A stretch of 64,000 nucleotides of DNA from Candidatus Dormiibacterota bacterium (GCA_963718525.1 OY970355.1:1408001-1472000); one strand, 5' to 3'. Positions 8,413 through 19,009 are shown, counted from the stretch's first letter. Made by a program: numbers and translations. The notes: generated by a model not told the origin, from the letters alone.

Positions 8413-9246
8413 ATGTTCGATCTGACCGGGAAGGTCGCAGTCGTCACCGGAGGATCGCGCGGCCTAGGACGAGCGGACTCGCTGGCCCTCGCGCGTGCCG
8501 GTGCTGACGTCGTCGTGACCGACATCCTCATCGAGTCGGATCCGGCCCTCGAGCAGACCGCGGAGGACGCACACTCGGCGTTGGCGCAGCTCTTCACGTC
8601 GCAGCACGTCGTGTACGCGGAGAAGACGAGCGACGAGATCCGTCAGATGGGCCGTCGGTCAGCGGCGATCAAGATGGACGTGACCAATCGCGAGCAGATT
8701 CGCGAGGTGTTCGCCACGGTCAAGAAGGACTTCGGATCGATCGACATCCTGGTGAACAACGCGGGAACGCTCGACCACATCGCGCAGATCGAGCATCAGA
8801 GCGACGAGCTGTGGGACCGCGACCTCCGCGTCAACCTGTCTGGCGCGTTCAACTGCACCAAGGCCGCATGGCCCTACATGCGCGAACAGGGATGGGGCCG
8901 GATCATCTACATGGCATCGGTCGCGGGGACGCTCGGCGGATTCGGTCAGGCGTCATACGCGGCAACCAAGGCGTCGGTGATCGGGCTCGGCAAGTCGATG
9001 GCGCTCGAGGGTGCGCGCTTCGGCATCACCGCGAATGTCATCGCGCCCGGGATCATCGGCACCGAGGCGTGGAAGATGGGTGACGCGAAGATGAACGATC
9101 GCATGGTGCTGCGCACCGCGATGCGAAGCGCCGGCGAGCCCGAGGACATCGCCGCCACTGTCGTCTTCTTCGCGTCGCCGGAGGCGCGCTACATCACCGG
9201 TCAGGTCCTCACCGTTGCGGGAGGCATCGACCTCTTCGTCTACTGA
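8413..9246 (+). CDS. SDR oxidoreductase (3-oxoacyl-ACP/CoA reductase-like)
   Basis: TGGSRGLG, NNAG, catalytic YAATK, ITGQ. Confidence 0.93.
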   Translation: MFDLTGKVAVVTGGSRGLGRADSLALARAGADVVVTDILIESDPALEQTAEDAHSALAQLFTSQHVVYAEKTSDEIRQMGRRSAAIKMDVTNREQIREVFATVKKDFGSIDILVNNAGTLDHIAQIEHQSDELWDRDLRVNLSGAFNCTKAAWPYMREQGWGRIIYMASVAGTLGGFGQASYAATKASVIGLGKSMALEGARFGITANVIAPGIIGTEAWKMGDAKMNDRMVLRTAMRSAGEPEDIAATVVFFASPEARYITGQVLTVAGGIDLFVY

Positions 9247-10459
9247 CCCGAGCCCTCCGAACCTGACGCGTCAAGCCCTGGATGTCGGCGTGACGTACTG
9301 GTCGCGCGAGGTCGGTCCGTACGTGTGGCACGAGTACGACGACGCGCGCACCGTGGGAGAGCTGCGTGCGATCAAATCGGCGGGCCATCACACCGTGCGC
9401 ACGCACCTGCTCTGGGACGCATTCATGCCGACGCCGGCGCGTGTGGAACCGGCGCGCCTCCGCAACCTCGAGCACTTCCTGAACGTGGCCACTGAGCTGT
9501 CCCTGCAGGTTGTGCCGGTATTGTTCGTACAGGCGCTGGGTGGTTGCCTGATGCTCCCGTCCTACGCGATCGACGTCGGTGCGCGGAGGAACGACGTGCG
9601 CGTGGTGACCGACGCTGTGACGCAGCCCGGCGGCTCACGCTACGTCTACACCGACCAGATGATGCTCGAGGTATGTGTGCGCTGGATTGACGAGATCCTC
9701 AGCGCATTCGCGGGGCATCCTGCGATTGTCACGTGGGACCTTGGACACGATCCGGCGGGGGGCGTGCGGCCGCAGCGCATCGAGCACCTGCGCAGCTGGC
9801 TCGCGCTCATCAGCGAGCGCATCCACGAACGCGAACAGCGCTGCATGCTCTCGTTGAGCGCCGATGACCTGGTGATTGCACGTGCAGTGCGTCCTGCAGT
9901 CGTCAGGACTCTCGTTGACACTGTTGGGCTCGACCTCAGCGGCGCGGCGCTCGCGCAGGTCGGCGGCGAGCGCGACCCGGCCGCGGCGATCTTTCTCGCC
10001 CAACTCTGCGAATCGCTCAGCAACTCGGCACCGCTGATTGCGCACCTGCAACGGATCCGGCAGGAGGCAGGCACGAACACTGATGACACCGAAGAGGACG
10101 ACGACGCGCTCACGCGGAGGTTCGTCGGCGGCGCGTTCGATGGGCTGGTCGATTGCGGTTGTGTCGGGCTGATGGCGGCCATGTGGAGCAACCCAGGGCC
10201 GCGGGCCGCGCAGGTGCCACCATTCGACCGCCGGCTGTACATGCGGCACGCAGGCGTCGTGGATGCCTCCGGTGTCGAGACAGCATTCGGCAGTGTCTGG
10301 ACCGAGGCGGCGCGTCACGAGCGAGAGCGCTCGGTTCCGAGTCCGTGGCTCGAGCACATCGACGCCGACGACTACTACGCCAATCTTCCTGAGAGCCTGC
10401 TTGAGCTGCGCGCGGCCTGGGAACGCGGCTCAGGCGATCACCCTGCTATGCTGCGATGA
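9215..10459 (+). CDS. Glycoside hydrolase clan A (GH5 mannosidase-like) fold protein, catalytic residues apparently degenerate
   Basis: GVTYWSR, VRTHLLWDAFMP, HPAIVTWDLGHDP where W.LGNEP is expected. Start uncertain. Confidence 0.65.
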   Translation: MREASTSSSTDPSPPNLTRQALDVGVTYWSREVGPYVWHEYDDARTVGELRAIKSAGHHTVRTHLLWDAFMPTPARVEPARLRNLEHFLNVATELSLQVVPVLFVQALGGCLMLPSYAIDVGARRNDVRVVTDAVTQPGGSRYVYTDQMMLEVCVRWIDEILSAFAGHPAIVTWDLGHDPAGGVRPQRIEHLRSWLALISERIHEREQRCMLSLSADDLVIARAVRPAVVRTLVDTVGLDLSGAALAQVGGERDPAAAIFLAQLCESLSNSAPLIAHLQRIRQEAGTNTDDTEEDDDALTRRFVGGAFDGLVDCGCVGLMAAMWSNPGPRAAQVPPFDRRLYMRHAGVVDASGVETAFGSVWTEAARHERERSVPSPWLEHIDADDYYANLPESLLELRAAWERGSGDHPAMLR

Positions 10460-10601
10460 GCACCGGAACGGCGGGAAATCGTCATCCTTCGGTGCTTCCA
10501 TCGCGGTCTTTTGCGGGTTCCCGTTGCTGACAGGGGACGCTCCCATAGTGGTCGTGAACGCGGTGGGCGTCCGTGTCGGCGAGAGTCCTGGAGGACATGC
10601 T

Positions 10602-10802
10602 GTGACCGCTGGAAGAATCAAGAAGATTATTCCCGACCGTGGATTTGGTTTCGTCCGTGCAGACGATGGCAACGAGGTGTTCTTTCACCGCACCGAGCTG
10701 ACCACCGTTGACTTCGATGCCCTCCAGGAAGGCGAGCAGGTGACGTTCGACATCGTCAACTCGCCCAAGGGCCCGCGGGCACGCAACCTCCAGAAGGTCT
10801 GA
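10602..10802 (+). CDS. Cold-shock domain protein (66 aa)
   Basis: RNP motifs RGFGFV and EVFFH, C-terminal KGPRA. SD GGAGG before GTG 10602. Confidence 0.95.
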   Translation: MTAGRIKKIIPDRGFGFVRADDGNEVFFHRTELTTVDFDALQEGEQVTFDIVNSPKGPRARNLQKV

Positions 10803-10806
10803 TCGC

Positions 10807-10829
10807 AGCGGGGTAACCCGCTTCTTTCT
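10807..10829 (+). terminator. Intrinsic terminator after the cold-shock gene
   Basis: AGCGGG-GTAA-CCCGCT hairpin followed by TCTTTCT. Confidence 0.65.
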
Positions 10830-10832
10830 CTC

Positions 10833-11609
10833 CTAGCCGTCGCTGCGCAGGGAGCGCAGCCGGGCAACTGCTGCGTCCACGCGTTCGGCTTCGCGCCCGC
10901 GAAGGCGGATGACCAGCTCTCGCTGCTCGACCTGCGGATACGACCCCACGGTCACGTCGGGGAATTCCGCTTGGAGCACGAGCATGGGCTGCGACATCTC
11001 CAACTCAGGGACCGATCGGTAGCGCACCTCGCGCACGACCGGCGCGGTGCCGCCGCCGAAGTACCCGGGAATGAGCTCCTCCTCGACGATGGTGACGAAC
11101 TCTCGGGGGATGCCTGGGAGCACGAACAGCCAGCGGTCCTCACCGATGTCGATGGCCAGCGGCGGGGCCATGCCTCGCCGGTTGGCGAGTACCGTGGCGC
11201 CGACCGGCACCATGGCGCAGCGTCGGTTGGCCTCCGACACCTTGGGCTCGTCGATCCAGCCGGCTGCATGCATTCGGCGAGCCATCGCTTCGATGTTCCC
11301 GTAGGCGATCGGGTTCAGCTCGAGGGGCCGGCCCAGGGCGTCGGCGACGGCCTGGAACGTGCGGTCGTCCGGCGTGGGGCCGATCCCGCCGCAGACCGCG
11401 ATTCGCGAGATCTCCGGGTCGTCGATCGCGCGCCGGATTGCCGCGATGATGGCCTCGGGCTGGTCGCCGACGACCTCGATGTGGGTGACCGGGTGCCCCG
11501 CGGCGAACGCGAGACGCGCCAGCAGGCTCGAATTGGTGTCCTGCGTGTGCCCGCTGAGAATCTCGTCGCCGACCGTGACGATCGCGGTCAGCCCGGTGGC
11601 TTTCGGCAC
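10833..11609 (-). CDS. CinA N-terminal/molybdopterin-binding (COG1058) protein
   Basis: [39 protein letters not shown]. Confidence 0.9.
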   Translation of the reverse strand: MPKATGLTAIVTVGDEILSGHTQDTNSSLLARLAFAAGHPVTHIEVVGDQPEAIIAAIRRAIDDPEISRIAVCGGIGPTPDDRTFQAVADALGRPLELNPIAYGNIEAMARRMHAAGWIDEPKVSEANRRCAMVPVGATVLANRRGMAPPLAIDIGEDRWLFVLPGIPREFVTIVEEELIPGYFGGGTAPVVREVRYRSVPELEMSQPMLVLQAEFPDVTVGSYPQVEQRELVIRLRGREAERVDAAVARLRSLRSDG

Positions 11610-11728
11610 CGACGCAGCATAGGCGTTGGTGTGTGGGAGGACCGGCCGGGTACAATGCGGCGGCCCCGGGGTGGCGTGGGTTACAGCCGCCCGGGCAATT
11701 ACTCACTTCCCTGAGGAGACCTGAGCGC

Positions 11729-13792
11729 ATGCCGACCCTCGACCGCGCCATCCTGCTGCCCATCGGCGCTGCGGGACTCCTGGCTCTTCTTTACGCCATC
11801 TATCTGATTTTCTGGGTCCTGCGTCAGCCGGAAGGCAACGACCGGATGAGGGAGATCGCCAAGGCGATCCAGGAAGGCGCTCAGGCATACCTGAACCGGC
11901 AGTACACCATCATCGCCGGGATCGGGGCAGTCATCTTCCTGTTCCTCACGTTCACGCTCGGGTGGAAGACCGGTGTGCTCTTCCTCATCGGCGCGGTGTT
12001 GAGCGGCGCGGCCGGCTACGTTGGGATGAACATCTCGGTGCGCTCCAACCTCCGGACCGCCGAGGCCGCGCGAGGCGGCATCAACCCCGCACTCCAGCTC
12101 GCGTTCCGGGGCGGCGCTGTCACGGGTTTCTTCGTCGTCGGCTTCGGGCTCATCGGCGTTGCTCTCGCCTACGGACTGTTCCAGGACTTCAACGCGCTCG
12201 TGGGCTTCGCGTTCGGGGCCTCGCTCATCTCGGTATTCGCCCGCCTCGGTGGCGGCATCTACACCAAGGCGGCCGATGTCGGCGCCGACCTCGTCGGCAA
12301 GCTTGAAGCCGGCATCCCGGAAGACGACCCGCGCAACCCGGCGGTCATCGCCGACAACGTCGGCGACAACGTCGGCGACTGCGCTGGCATGGCCGCGGAC
12401 CTCTTCGAGACGTACGCGGTCACCGCTGTCGCCACCATGCTGCTGGGCAGCCTGCTCTACAAGGTTGGCGGGAAACCCGATCTCGTGTTCGTGTTCTACC
12501 CGCTGATGCTCGGCGCCGTCAGCATCGTGGCGTCGATCATCGGCACCTGGTTCGTCCGGATGGGCCGCGGGACCTGGATCATGGGGGCGCTCTACCGAGG
12601 CCTCATCGTGTCAGCCGTCGTGGCGCTCGCCGGTTTCCTGGTGATCACGATCGTGCTGAACAACGGCGGGTATCTTTCCCACTTCGACCATCCGGTGTTC
12701 AACCTCTTCTGGTGCGCGGTCATCGGGATCGTCATCACGGTGCTGATCGTCGCGGTCACGGAGTTCTTCACCGGCGCCCAGTTCTGGCCGGTGCGCACCA
12801 TCGCCCGAGCATCGCAGACGGGTCACGCCACGAACATCATCGCGGGGCTCGCGATCGGCATGGAGGGGACGGCGATCCCGGTGCTGATCATCGCCATCGG
12901 AATCCTGGCGTCGGCAGCGCTCGGCGGCCTGTACGGCATCGGCATTGCCGCGACCGCGTTGCTGAGCATGACCGGGATTGTCGTCGCCATCGACTCGTAC
13001 GGCCCGATCACCGACAACGCCGGCGGCATCGCCGAGATGGCCGACCTCCCTGAGAGCGTGCGTCAGGTCACCGACCCCCTCGACGCGGTCGGGAACACGA
13101 CCAAAGCAGTCACCAAGGGGTACGCGATCGGCTCCGCCGGGCTCGCGGCGCTGGTGCTCTTCGCGAGCTACACCGACATCCTCAACAGCACGCTTCACGG
13201 AGCGGGCCTGGCCTCGATCTCGTTCGATCTCACCACTCCGCCGGTGATCGCCGGACTGCTGCTCGGCGGCATCATGCCGTTTCTCTTCGGTTCACTCGCA
13301 ATGCTGGCGGTCGGACGCGCAGCGGGCGAGGTGGTCATCGAGGTGCGCCGCCAGTTCCGCGAGATCCCAGGGATCATGGAGGGCACGGCCAAGCCGGAGT
13401 ACGGCAAATGCGTTGCCCTGGTGACTGCGGCCGCGCAGCGGGAGATGATCATCCCGGGCATCCTTCCCGTGGTCGCGCCGCTGGTCGTCGGTTTCGTGCT
13501 CGGCCCGCAGGCACTCGGGGCAATGCTCCTTGGCACGATTGTTGTCGGGTTGTTCGTGGCGCTCCAGATGACCACCGGTGGTGGTGCGTGGGACAACGCC
13601 AAGAAGTACATCGAGGAGGGAAACTTCGGCGGCAAGGGCTCGGACGCGCACGCTGCCGCGGTCACCGGTGACACCGTCGGCGACCCGTACAAGGACACCG
13701 CCGGCCCCGCGATCAACCCGATGATCAAGGTGATGAACATCATCGCGATCCTCGCCATCCCGACAATCGCCCTGCACCACCTCTTTTTCTAG
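11729..13792 (+). CDS. hppA: Membrane H+-translocating pyrophosphatase, K+-independent type
   Basis: [39 protein letters not shown] (Lys marks the K+-independent type), [19 protein letters not shown]. Confidence 0.96.
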   Translation: MPTLDRAILLPIGAAGLLALLYAIYLIFWVLRQPEGNDRMREIAKAIQEGAQAYLNRQYTIIAGIGAVIFLFLTFTLGWKTGVLFLIGAVLSGAAGYVGMNISVRSNLRTAEAARGGINPALQLAFRGGAVTGFFVVGFGLIGVALAYGLFQDFNALVGFAFGASLISVFARLGGGIYTKAADVGADLVGKLEAGIPEDDPRNPAVIADNVGDNVGDCAGMAADLFETYAVTAVATMLLGSLLYKVGGKPDLVFVFYPLMLGAVSIVASIIGTWFVRMGRGTWIMGALYRGLIVSAVVALAGFLVITIVLNNGGYLSHFDHPVFNLFWCAVIGIVITVLIVAVTEFFTGAQFWPVRTIARASQTGHATNIIAGLAIGMEGTAIPVLIIAIGILASAALGGLYGIGIAATALLSMTGIVVAIDSYGPITDNAGGIAEMADLPESVRQVTDPLDAVGNTTKAVTKGYAIGSAGLAALVLFASYTDILNSTLHGAGLASISFDLTTPPVIAGLLLGGIMPFLFGSLAMLAVGRAAGEVVIEVRRQFREIPGIMEGTAKPEYGKCVALVTAAAQREMIIPGILPVVAPLVVGFVLGPQALGAMLLGTIVVGLFVALQMTTGGGAWDNAKKYIEEGNFGGKGSDAHAAAVTGDTVGDPYKDTAGPAINPMIKVMNIIAILAIPTIALHHLFF

Positions 13793-13854
13793 CAGTTCGC
13801 CGAGCGGCGGGTGCCGGCGGCGCGATATCCCGGAACGTCGGCATACTGTTGCTC

Positions 13855-14616
13855 ATGGCACAGAGGGTTGCTCCGGTCGACGAGACGGGCGGCGTTCACC
13901 GTTTGCCACACGAGCGGTCCCACCACCGCGACCTCCAGGGTGGTGCGGCTCGAGCCGCGGTCTTCGGCATCAGCGACGGTCTGATAACGAATATCTCGCT
14001 GATCCTCGGGGTCGCCGGTGCGAATCCACTCCCTTCGGTGGTCCTGCTCGCCGGCCTGGCAGGGCTGGTCGCGGGCGCGTTCTCCATGGCTGCGGGCGAG
14101 TACGTCTCGATGGCCGCTCAGTCCGAACTGCTCCAGCGTGAGCTCGAGATCGAGCGTCGTGAGTTGGAGCGCCATCCCGAGGACGAGACGCGAGAGCTCG
14201 CGGCCACCTACCGCCTCCGCGGCGTGGAAGAAGCGGACGCGCGTCGCATCGCCGAGGCAATCATGCGCGACCCCGAGGTCGCACTCGAGGTCCACGCTCG
14301 CGAAGAGCTCGGGCTGCGTCCCGGCAAGACCGGCAATCCCTGGCAGGCAGCCGGGTCGTCGTTCGTCATGTTCGCGATCGGCGCCATCATCCCGCTGATC
14401 CCGTGGTTCATCACCAGTGGGACGCCGGCGGCGCTTGCGTCGATCGTGCTCGGAGCCGTCTCGGTGCTTGCGGTCGGGTGGACGGTTGCGATCTTCACCG
14501 GACGCTCGCGAGTCCGGTCCGCCCTCAGGCAGCTGGCCTTCGCCACCTGCGCGGCGGCGGTAGCATTCGGAGTCGGTCACCTGGTCGGCAATCTGGTGAA
14601 CGTGCGGACGGGCTGA
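13855..14616 (+). CDS. VIT1/CCC1 family Fe2+/Mn2+ transporter
   Basis: AVFGISDGL, SMAAGEYVS, Glu-rich cytosolic domain (E..EL, HAREELG), GAIIPLIP. Confidence 0.93.
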   Translation: MAQRVAPVDETGGVHRLPHERSHHRDLQGGAARAAVFGISDGLITNISLILGVAGANPLPSVVLLAGLAGLVAGAFSMAAGEYVSMAAQSELLQRELEIERRELERHPEDETRELAATYRLRGVEEADARRIAEAIMRDPEVALEVHAREELGLRPGKTGNPWQAAGSSFVMFAIGAIIPLIPWFITSGTPAALASIVLGAVSVLAVGWTVAIFTGRSRVRSALRQLAFATCAAAVAFGVGHLVGNLVNVRTG

Positions 14617-14725
14617 TCCAGTCCTGTCGCGTCAAACGGGGGAAACGGAAGGCGAGGCTAGAGTTGCAGCACCGCGAGTGACCCGGTCATGCGTGGCCTG
14701 ATCAGTCCTCTACACTCGAGAGAGG

Positions 14726-15073
14726 GTGGACGAGTATCAGCTGGAGATCCAGTCGTTGCGCCGGACGCTCGCACGGTTGCGTGACGAGGAGGCGGATTCG
14801 GCCCTGATCGAGGAGTACGAGACCGAGTACCGCAACCTCAGCTCGCTCTACAAGGCGGCGACAGACACCTTTGACGCCGATCAGAGCGAACCGCGGCTCT
14901 CCGACGCGCTTCGCTCACTCGGATTCGGCGATTGGACGCTGAGCAACGTGTACAGCTTCGTGTACGACGCATCGATGGAGCTCCCGGTCGACGACGGGCG
15001 CGAGCTCGCGCGACGCATTGACGAAACCGACTACGCGGCCTCGTTGCTCGCCGCGCTCGACGCCGTGGACTGA
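14726..15073 (+). CDS. Hypothetical acidic helical protein (115 aa)
   Basis: SD-like GAGAGG before GTG and strong GC3 bias. The 3' end overlaps the convergent oxidoreductase. Confidence 0.7.
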   Translation: MDEYQLEIQSLRRTLARLRDEEADSALIEEYETEYRNLSSLYKAATDTFDADQSEPRLSDALRSLGFGDWTLSNVYSFVYDASMELPVDDGRELARRIDETDYAASLLAALDAVD

Positions 15074-16455
15074 CGTTCGGGGATCTTCTTGCCGGGGTTG
15101 AGCACGCCGTTCGGGTCGAGGGCGGTCTTGATCCTGCGCATCAGCTCCACGGTTCCCGGTCCGAGCTGCCGCTCCACGTACTGGAGCTTGGCTGCCCCCA
15201 CCCCATGCTCACCGGACAGCGAACCGCCCATCGCGAGGACGGTCTCGAACAGCTCCCCGGCAGCGGCGTCGGCCCGGGAACGCTCACCTTCGATGCGCGG
15301 ATCTATCAGGAACGTGGCGTGAACATTCCCGTCACCGAGATGACCGAAGTTCACGACCGGAAGCTGGTGTTTCACGCCGAGCTCGCGGGTGTGTGCGACC
15401 AGCTCCGTGACGCGATCGCGAGGGACGACCACGTCCTCGTTCACCTTGCCGATCTGCACCTTGGCCACCGCGGCGCTGACGGCCTTGCGGGCGGCCCAGA
15501 GGCGCTGCGCCTGACCGGGCTCGGTCGCACGCTGGAGCTGTGATGCGCCGGCGCGGGTGATCGCAGTACACGCGGCCTCGGTGTCGCCCCCGACCGTTGG
15601 AGTGTCACCTTCGAGTTCGACGATCAGCAGCGCGCCTGCGTCGCCGCCGATGTTGCCGCCGCCGGCCCTGCGAACCGCGTCGAGCGCCCCGGCGTCCAGG
15701 AACTCGAGCGCAGCCGGCACGATGCCCGCCTCGCTGATCTCGGCGACGGCCGCCGCGGCGCGCTCCATGCCCGTGAACGTGGCAGCCAGCGTCGAGCGTG
15801 TTCTCGGAGCAGGGATCAGGCGCAGGAGCACTTCCGTGATCACCGCGAGGGTTCCCTCGGAGCCGACCAGCAGCGTGAGCAGCGCCGAAGCTGACATGTC
15901 ACCGCCCTCGCCGATGCGCACGATCTGTCCGTCCGACATGACAGCCGTGACGCCGGCGACGAAGTCGGCCGTGACCCCGTAACGGAGGGTATGCGGGCCG
16001 GCGGCGTTGCAGGCGACGTTGCCCCCGATGGTGCAGGTCGCCGATGAGCCAGGATCGGGTGGGTAGTACAGGCCGGCCGCCGTGGCGTGTGCGTGAATCC
16101 CCGCGGTGATGGCTCCGGCCTGGGCCTGCAGGCGCAGCGCATCGGATTCGACGCCGAGAACCCGGTTGAGACGGGCGAGGCTCAGGATCACCCCTCCGCA
16201 CGACGGCGATGCCCCCGCCGCGTAGCCCGTGCCGGCGCCTCGAGGCACGATCGGCACCCGGTGGACGGCACAGACGCTGACGACGCCCGCCACCTCCTGG
16301 GTCGAGGCCGGGAAGACCACGGCGTCCGGAAGGTGTCGCTCGCCGGACGCTCCCCAGGCGTCATAGGCGTACGCGGCGAGATCTGCGGGGCGTGTGTAGA
16401 CGTGTGAGGGCGAGACCTGACCCTCGAGATCGCGAATCACGCGGCGATCGAGCAT
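15031..16455 (-). CDS. FAD-linked oxidase (GlcD/D-lactate dehydrogenase family)
   Basis: PRGAGTG, YPPDPGS, TIGGNVACNAAG, GSEGTL, GHLGDGNVH, GEHGVG, DPNGVLNPGK. Confidence 0.93.
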   Translation of the reverse strand: MLDRRVIRDLEGQVSPSHVYTRPADLAAYAYDAWGASGERHLPDAVVFPASTQEVAGVVSVCAVHRVPIVPRGAGTGYAAGASPSCGGVILSLARLNRVLGVESDALRLQAQAGAITAGIHAHATAAGLYYPPDPGSSATCTIGGNVACNAAGPHTLRYGVTADFVAGVTAVMSDGQIVRIGEGGDMSASALLTLLVGSEGTLAVITEVLLRLIPAPRTRSTLAATFTGMERAAAAVAEISEAGIVPAALEFLDAGALDAVRRAGGGNIGGDAGALLIVELEGDTPTVGGDTEAACTAITRAGASQLQRATEPGQAQRLWAARKAVSAAVAKVQIGKVNEDVVVPRDRVTELVAHTRELGVKHQLPVVNFGHLGDGNVHATFLIDPRIEGERSRADAAAGELFETVLAMGGSLSGEHGVGAAKLQYVERQLGPGTVELMRRIKTALDPNGVLNPGKKIPERQSTASSAASNEAA

Positions 16456-16527
16456 GCCCGCCGCATTGTAGAGAGCGCATCAATTCCGGTGCACATGGCT
16501 GCCGCCGTCCGTGCGGGCGCCGGGACA

Positions 16528-17862
16528 ATGACGTTGAATAGGACGGTGAGACCACGTGCCGCCGCGTTGTCGCTCGGCTGTTTCGCGATCCTCTTTGCAA
16601 GCGCCTGCAGTTCGTCACCGCCGAACCGGCCGCAACCGAGCCCCACCGTTGCGCCGATACGAGCGCTCATCCCGCCGGCGGCAGTGGTCGCGCTCGCCAG
16701 CGCCTTTGAGGCGCAATTCACCACGAGCGCGTATGCGGCGCAATGGAACGAGCTGGCACCGCAGGCTCAGGCGCTGTGGCCGTCGGAGGGTGCGCGAACA
16801 GCGATGCTCGCCAGGAAATTCGCTCACGCGGCGGTGGCCGGCGTGACCATCGGTCAACCCGCGTTCGAATCCACCTGGACCGCGCCCGAGAACCCATCGG
16901 TCCACGTCGACGGTGTCTGGGATTTCCCGGTGAAGGTCTCGTTTGCCAGCCCGGCTGCCCTGCGTCCAGCCGGCGTCGCCGCGCTGTTCTCGATGACGTC
17001 CTTGCAGATCGTCGCGAACCCTGGATCAGGCACGGCCGCGGTCGTTGGGGAGGGACCGGAGTCGCTCGACGCGCCGATCATCCTGCCGGCGTCGATCGCG
17101 CCCGTCAGCCTCGACGTCCCGATCCTGATGTATCACCTGGTCGATCAGATCCCACCGCGCTCCATCGAGCCGTCGACATATGGATGGAAGCTGGAGGTCG
17201 GCCTCACCACGTTGCCGAGCGCCTTCGATACGCAGATGGCCTATCTCTCGGAAATCCACGCGACATCGATCTCGCTCCAGCATCTCGCCGATGCACTGCT
17301 CTACGGGCTTGCCTTGCCGCCACATCCATTTGTGATCACCTTCGACGATGGAAGGCTGAGCCAGTGGACGAATGCGGTCCCAGTGTTGCGCCAGTATGGA
17401 TTCACTGCGGTGTTCTTTCCCTGCACCGCGCTCATCGGTGGCAAGGTCGGACCACAGACGTACATGACCGCATCAGAGATCCAGAACCTCGCGACAACAG
17501 GGTTCTCGATCGAGGACCACACCGTCAACGATGACACCGACTTCTTCTCCGCGGGACCGCACGTACTTGATGTGCTCACCAATCGCACCAAGACCGTGCT
17601 CGAGAATCTGACCGGTGATCCCGTGCAATTCCTCGCGTATACAGGGCTCTGGCCGTGGCCGACGAGCACGCAGGGCGCGGTGCAGGAGGCATCGATGTTC
17701 GCGACACTCGCGAGCTACGGGTATATCGCGGGTGTCCAGGATCTGCGCATCGACAGCGCCACCGATACGAGCACCGCGCTGTGGCAGCTACCGAGAATCC
17801 GCATCGGCCTCGCAACAACGATGCCGTTCTTCAAACACTGGTTCAGCGCTCAACCTGCCTGA
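16528..17862 (+). CDS. Lipoprotein with C-terminal polysaccharide deacetylase (NodB/CE4) domain
   Basis: Lipobox-like FASAC, PILMYH, ITFDDG, LPRIRI. Start uncertain. Confidence 0.8.
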   Translation: MTLNRTVRPRAAALSLGCFAILFASACSSSPPNRPQPSPTVAPIRALIPPAAVVALASAFEAQFTTSAYAAQWNELAPQAQALWPSEGARTAMLARKFAHAAVAGVTIGQPAFESTWTAPENPSVHVDGVWDFPVKVSFASPAALRPAGVAALFSMTSLQIVANPGSGTAAVVGEGPESLDAPIILPASIAPVSLDVPILMYHLVDQIPPRSIEPSTYGWKLEVGLTTLPSAFDTQMAYLSEIHATSISLQHLADALLYGLALPPHPFVITFDDGRLSQWTNAVPVLRQYGFTAVFFPCTALIGGKVGPQTYMTASEIQNLATTGFSIEDHTVNDDTDFFSAGPHVLDVLTNRTKTVLENLTGDPVQFLAYTGLWPWPTSTQGAVQEASMFATLASYGYIAGVQDLRIDSATDTSTALWQLPRIRIGLATTMPFFKHWFSAQPA

Positions 17863-17899
17863 GCTTGGCCTGGAGGGCCGTGGGTATACTCAAAGCCAG

Positions 17900-19009
17900 A
17901 TGAGTGATCCCGGAACGCTCGACGCCCTCGAGCGGGCTCTCGCCACTGTCATCGATCCCGAGCTGCACAAGCCGATGCTCCAACTCGGGATGCTGCGTGA
18001 CCTCGCGATCGACGGCGGGGTCGCCTCGATCCGGGTCGTGCTCACAACGCCGGCCTGCCCGCTGAAAGATCGGATTCGCGATGACATCGATGCCGCGGTC
18101 CTGGGCGTCGTCCCCGGCATCACCAGGGTCGAGATCCGCTGGGACGCCGACGTGAGCACCACGCGAGGGTTGCCCGGACGCCAGGAGATCGCCGGGGTTC
18201 GCAATGCCATCGCCATCAGCGCCGGGAAGGGCGGTGTGGGCAAGACGACGGTTGCGGTCAACGTCGCGATAGCGCTGCGCCTCGCGGGTGCACGTGTTGG
18301 TCTGCTCGACGCCGACGTGTACGGGCCGAATGTCCCGATCATGCTTGGGATTCGTGAGCGCCCGCACGCCAGCCCTGACGGAAAGATGCAGCCGCTCGAG
18401 GCCCACGGGCTCAAGGTCGTGTCGTTCGGGACCATCCTCGATCCCGGCCAACCGGTGATCTGGCGCGGTCCGATGCTCGCCAAGGCGTTGCGCGAGTTCC
18501 TCTATGAGGTCTCCTGGGGTGAGCTCGACTATCTGGTCATCGATCTTCCGCCGGGAACGGGCGATGTCCAGCTCAGTCTCGCGCAGAGCATGCCCATGAC
18601 GGGCGCGGTCATCTGCACCACGCCGCAGGACGTGTCACTGGCGGACGTGAGCCGGGGCATCGAGATGTTCCGCAAGCTCAATGTCCCGGTCCTTGGTGTG
18701 GTCGAGAACATGAGCGGATTCATCTGCCCGCACTGCGATGAGCGCACGGATATCTTCGGCTCGGGAGGCGGGCGCGACCTTGCGGCTCGCTATGAACTGC
18801 CCTTCCTTGGGGCCATCCCGCTGGATCCGCGCATCCGCGGTGCGGACGGCGACGGCCGACCGATCATGGCCGCTGCTCCGTCGAGCCCGATCGGTGAAGT
18901 GTTCCGCGACGTTGCTTCGCACATCGCCGCGCAGGTCAGCCAGGAGAACTTCAGCGCCGCCGCGGGTCCGGTCATGCCGTCCGGTCCGCGCCTGCCCGTC
19001 GCGCCCTAG
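17900..19009 (+). CDS. mrp: Mrp/NBP35 (ApbC) Fe-S cluster carrier ATPase
   Basis: N-terminal DUF59 (DPEL, TTPACP), GKGGVGKT, DADVYGP, WRGPM, DLPPGTGD, ENMS..CPHC. Confidence 0.95.
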   Translation: MSDPGTLDALERALATVIDPELHKPMLQLGMLRDLAIDGGVASIRVVLTTPACPLKDRIRDDIDAAVLGVVPGITRVEIRWDADVSTTRGLPGRQEIAGVRNAIAISAGKGGVGKTTVAVNVAIALRLAGARVGLLDADVYGPNVPIMLGIRERPHASPDGKMQPLEAHGLKVVSFGTILDPGQPVIWRGPMLAKALREFLYEVSWGELDYLVIDLPPGTGDVQLSLAQSMPMTGAVICTTPQDVSLADVSRGIEMFRKLNVPVLGVVENMSGFICPHCDERTDIFGSGGGRDLAARYELPFLGAIPLDPRIRGADGDGRPIMAAAPSSPIGEVFRDVASHIAAQVSQENFSAAAGPVMPSGPRLPVAP

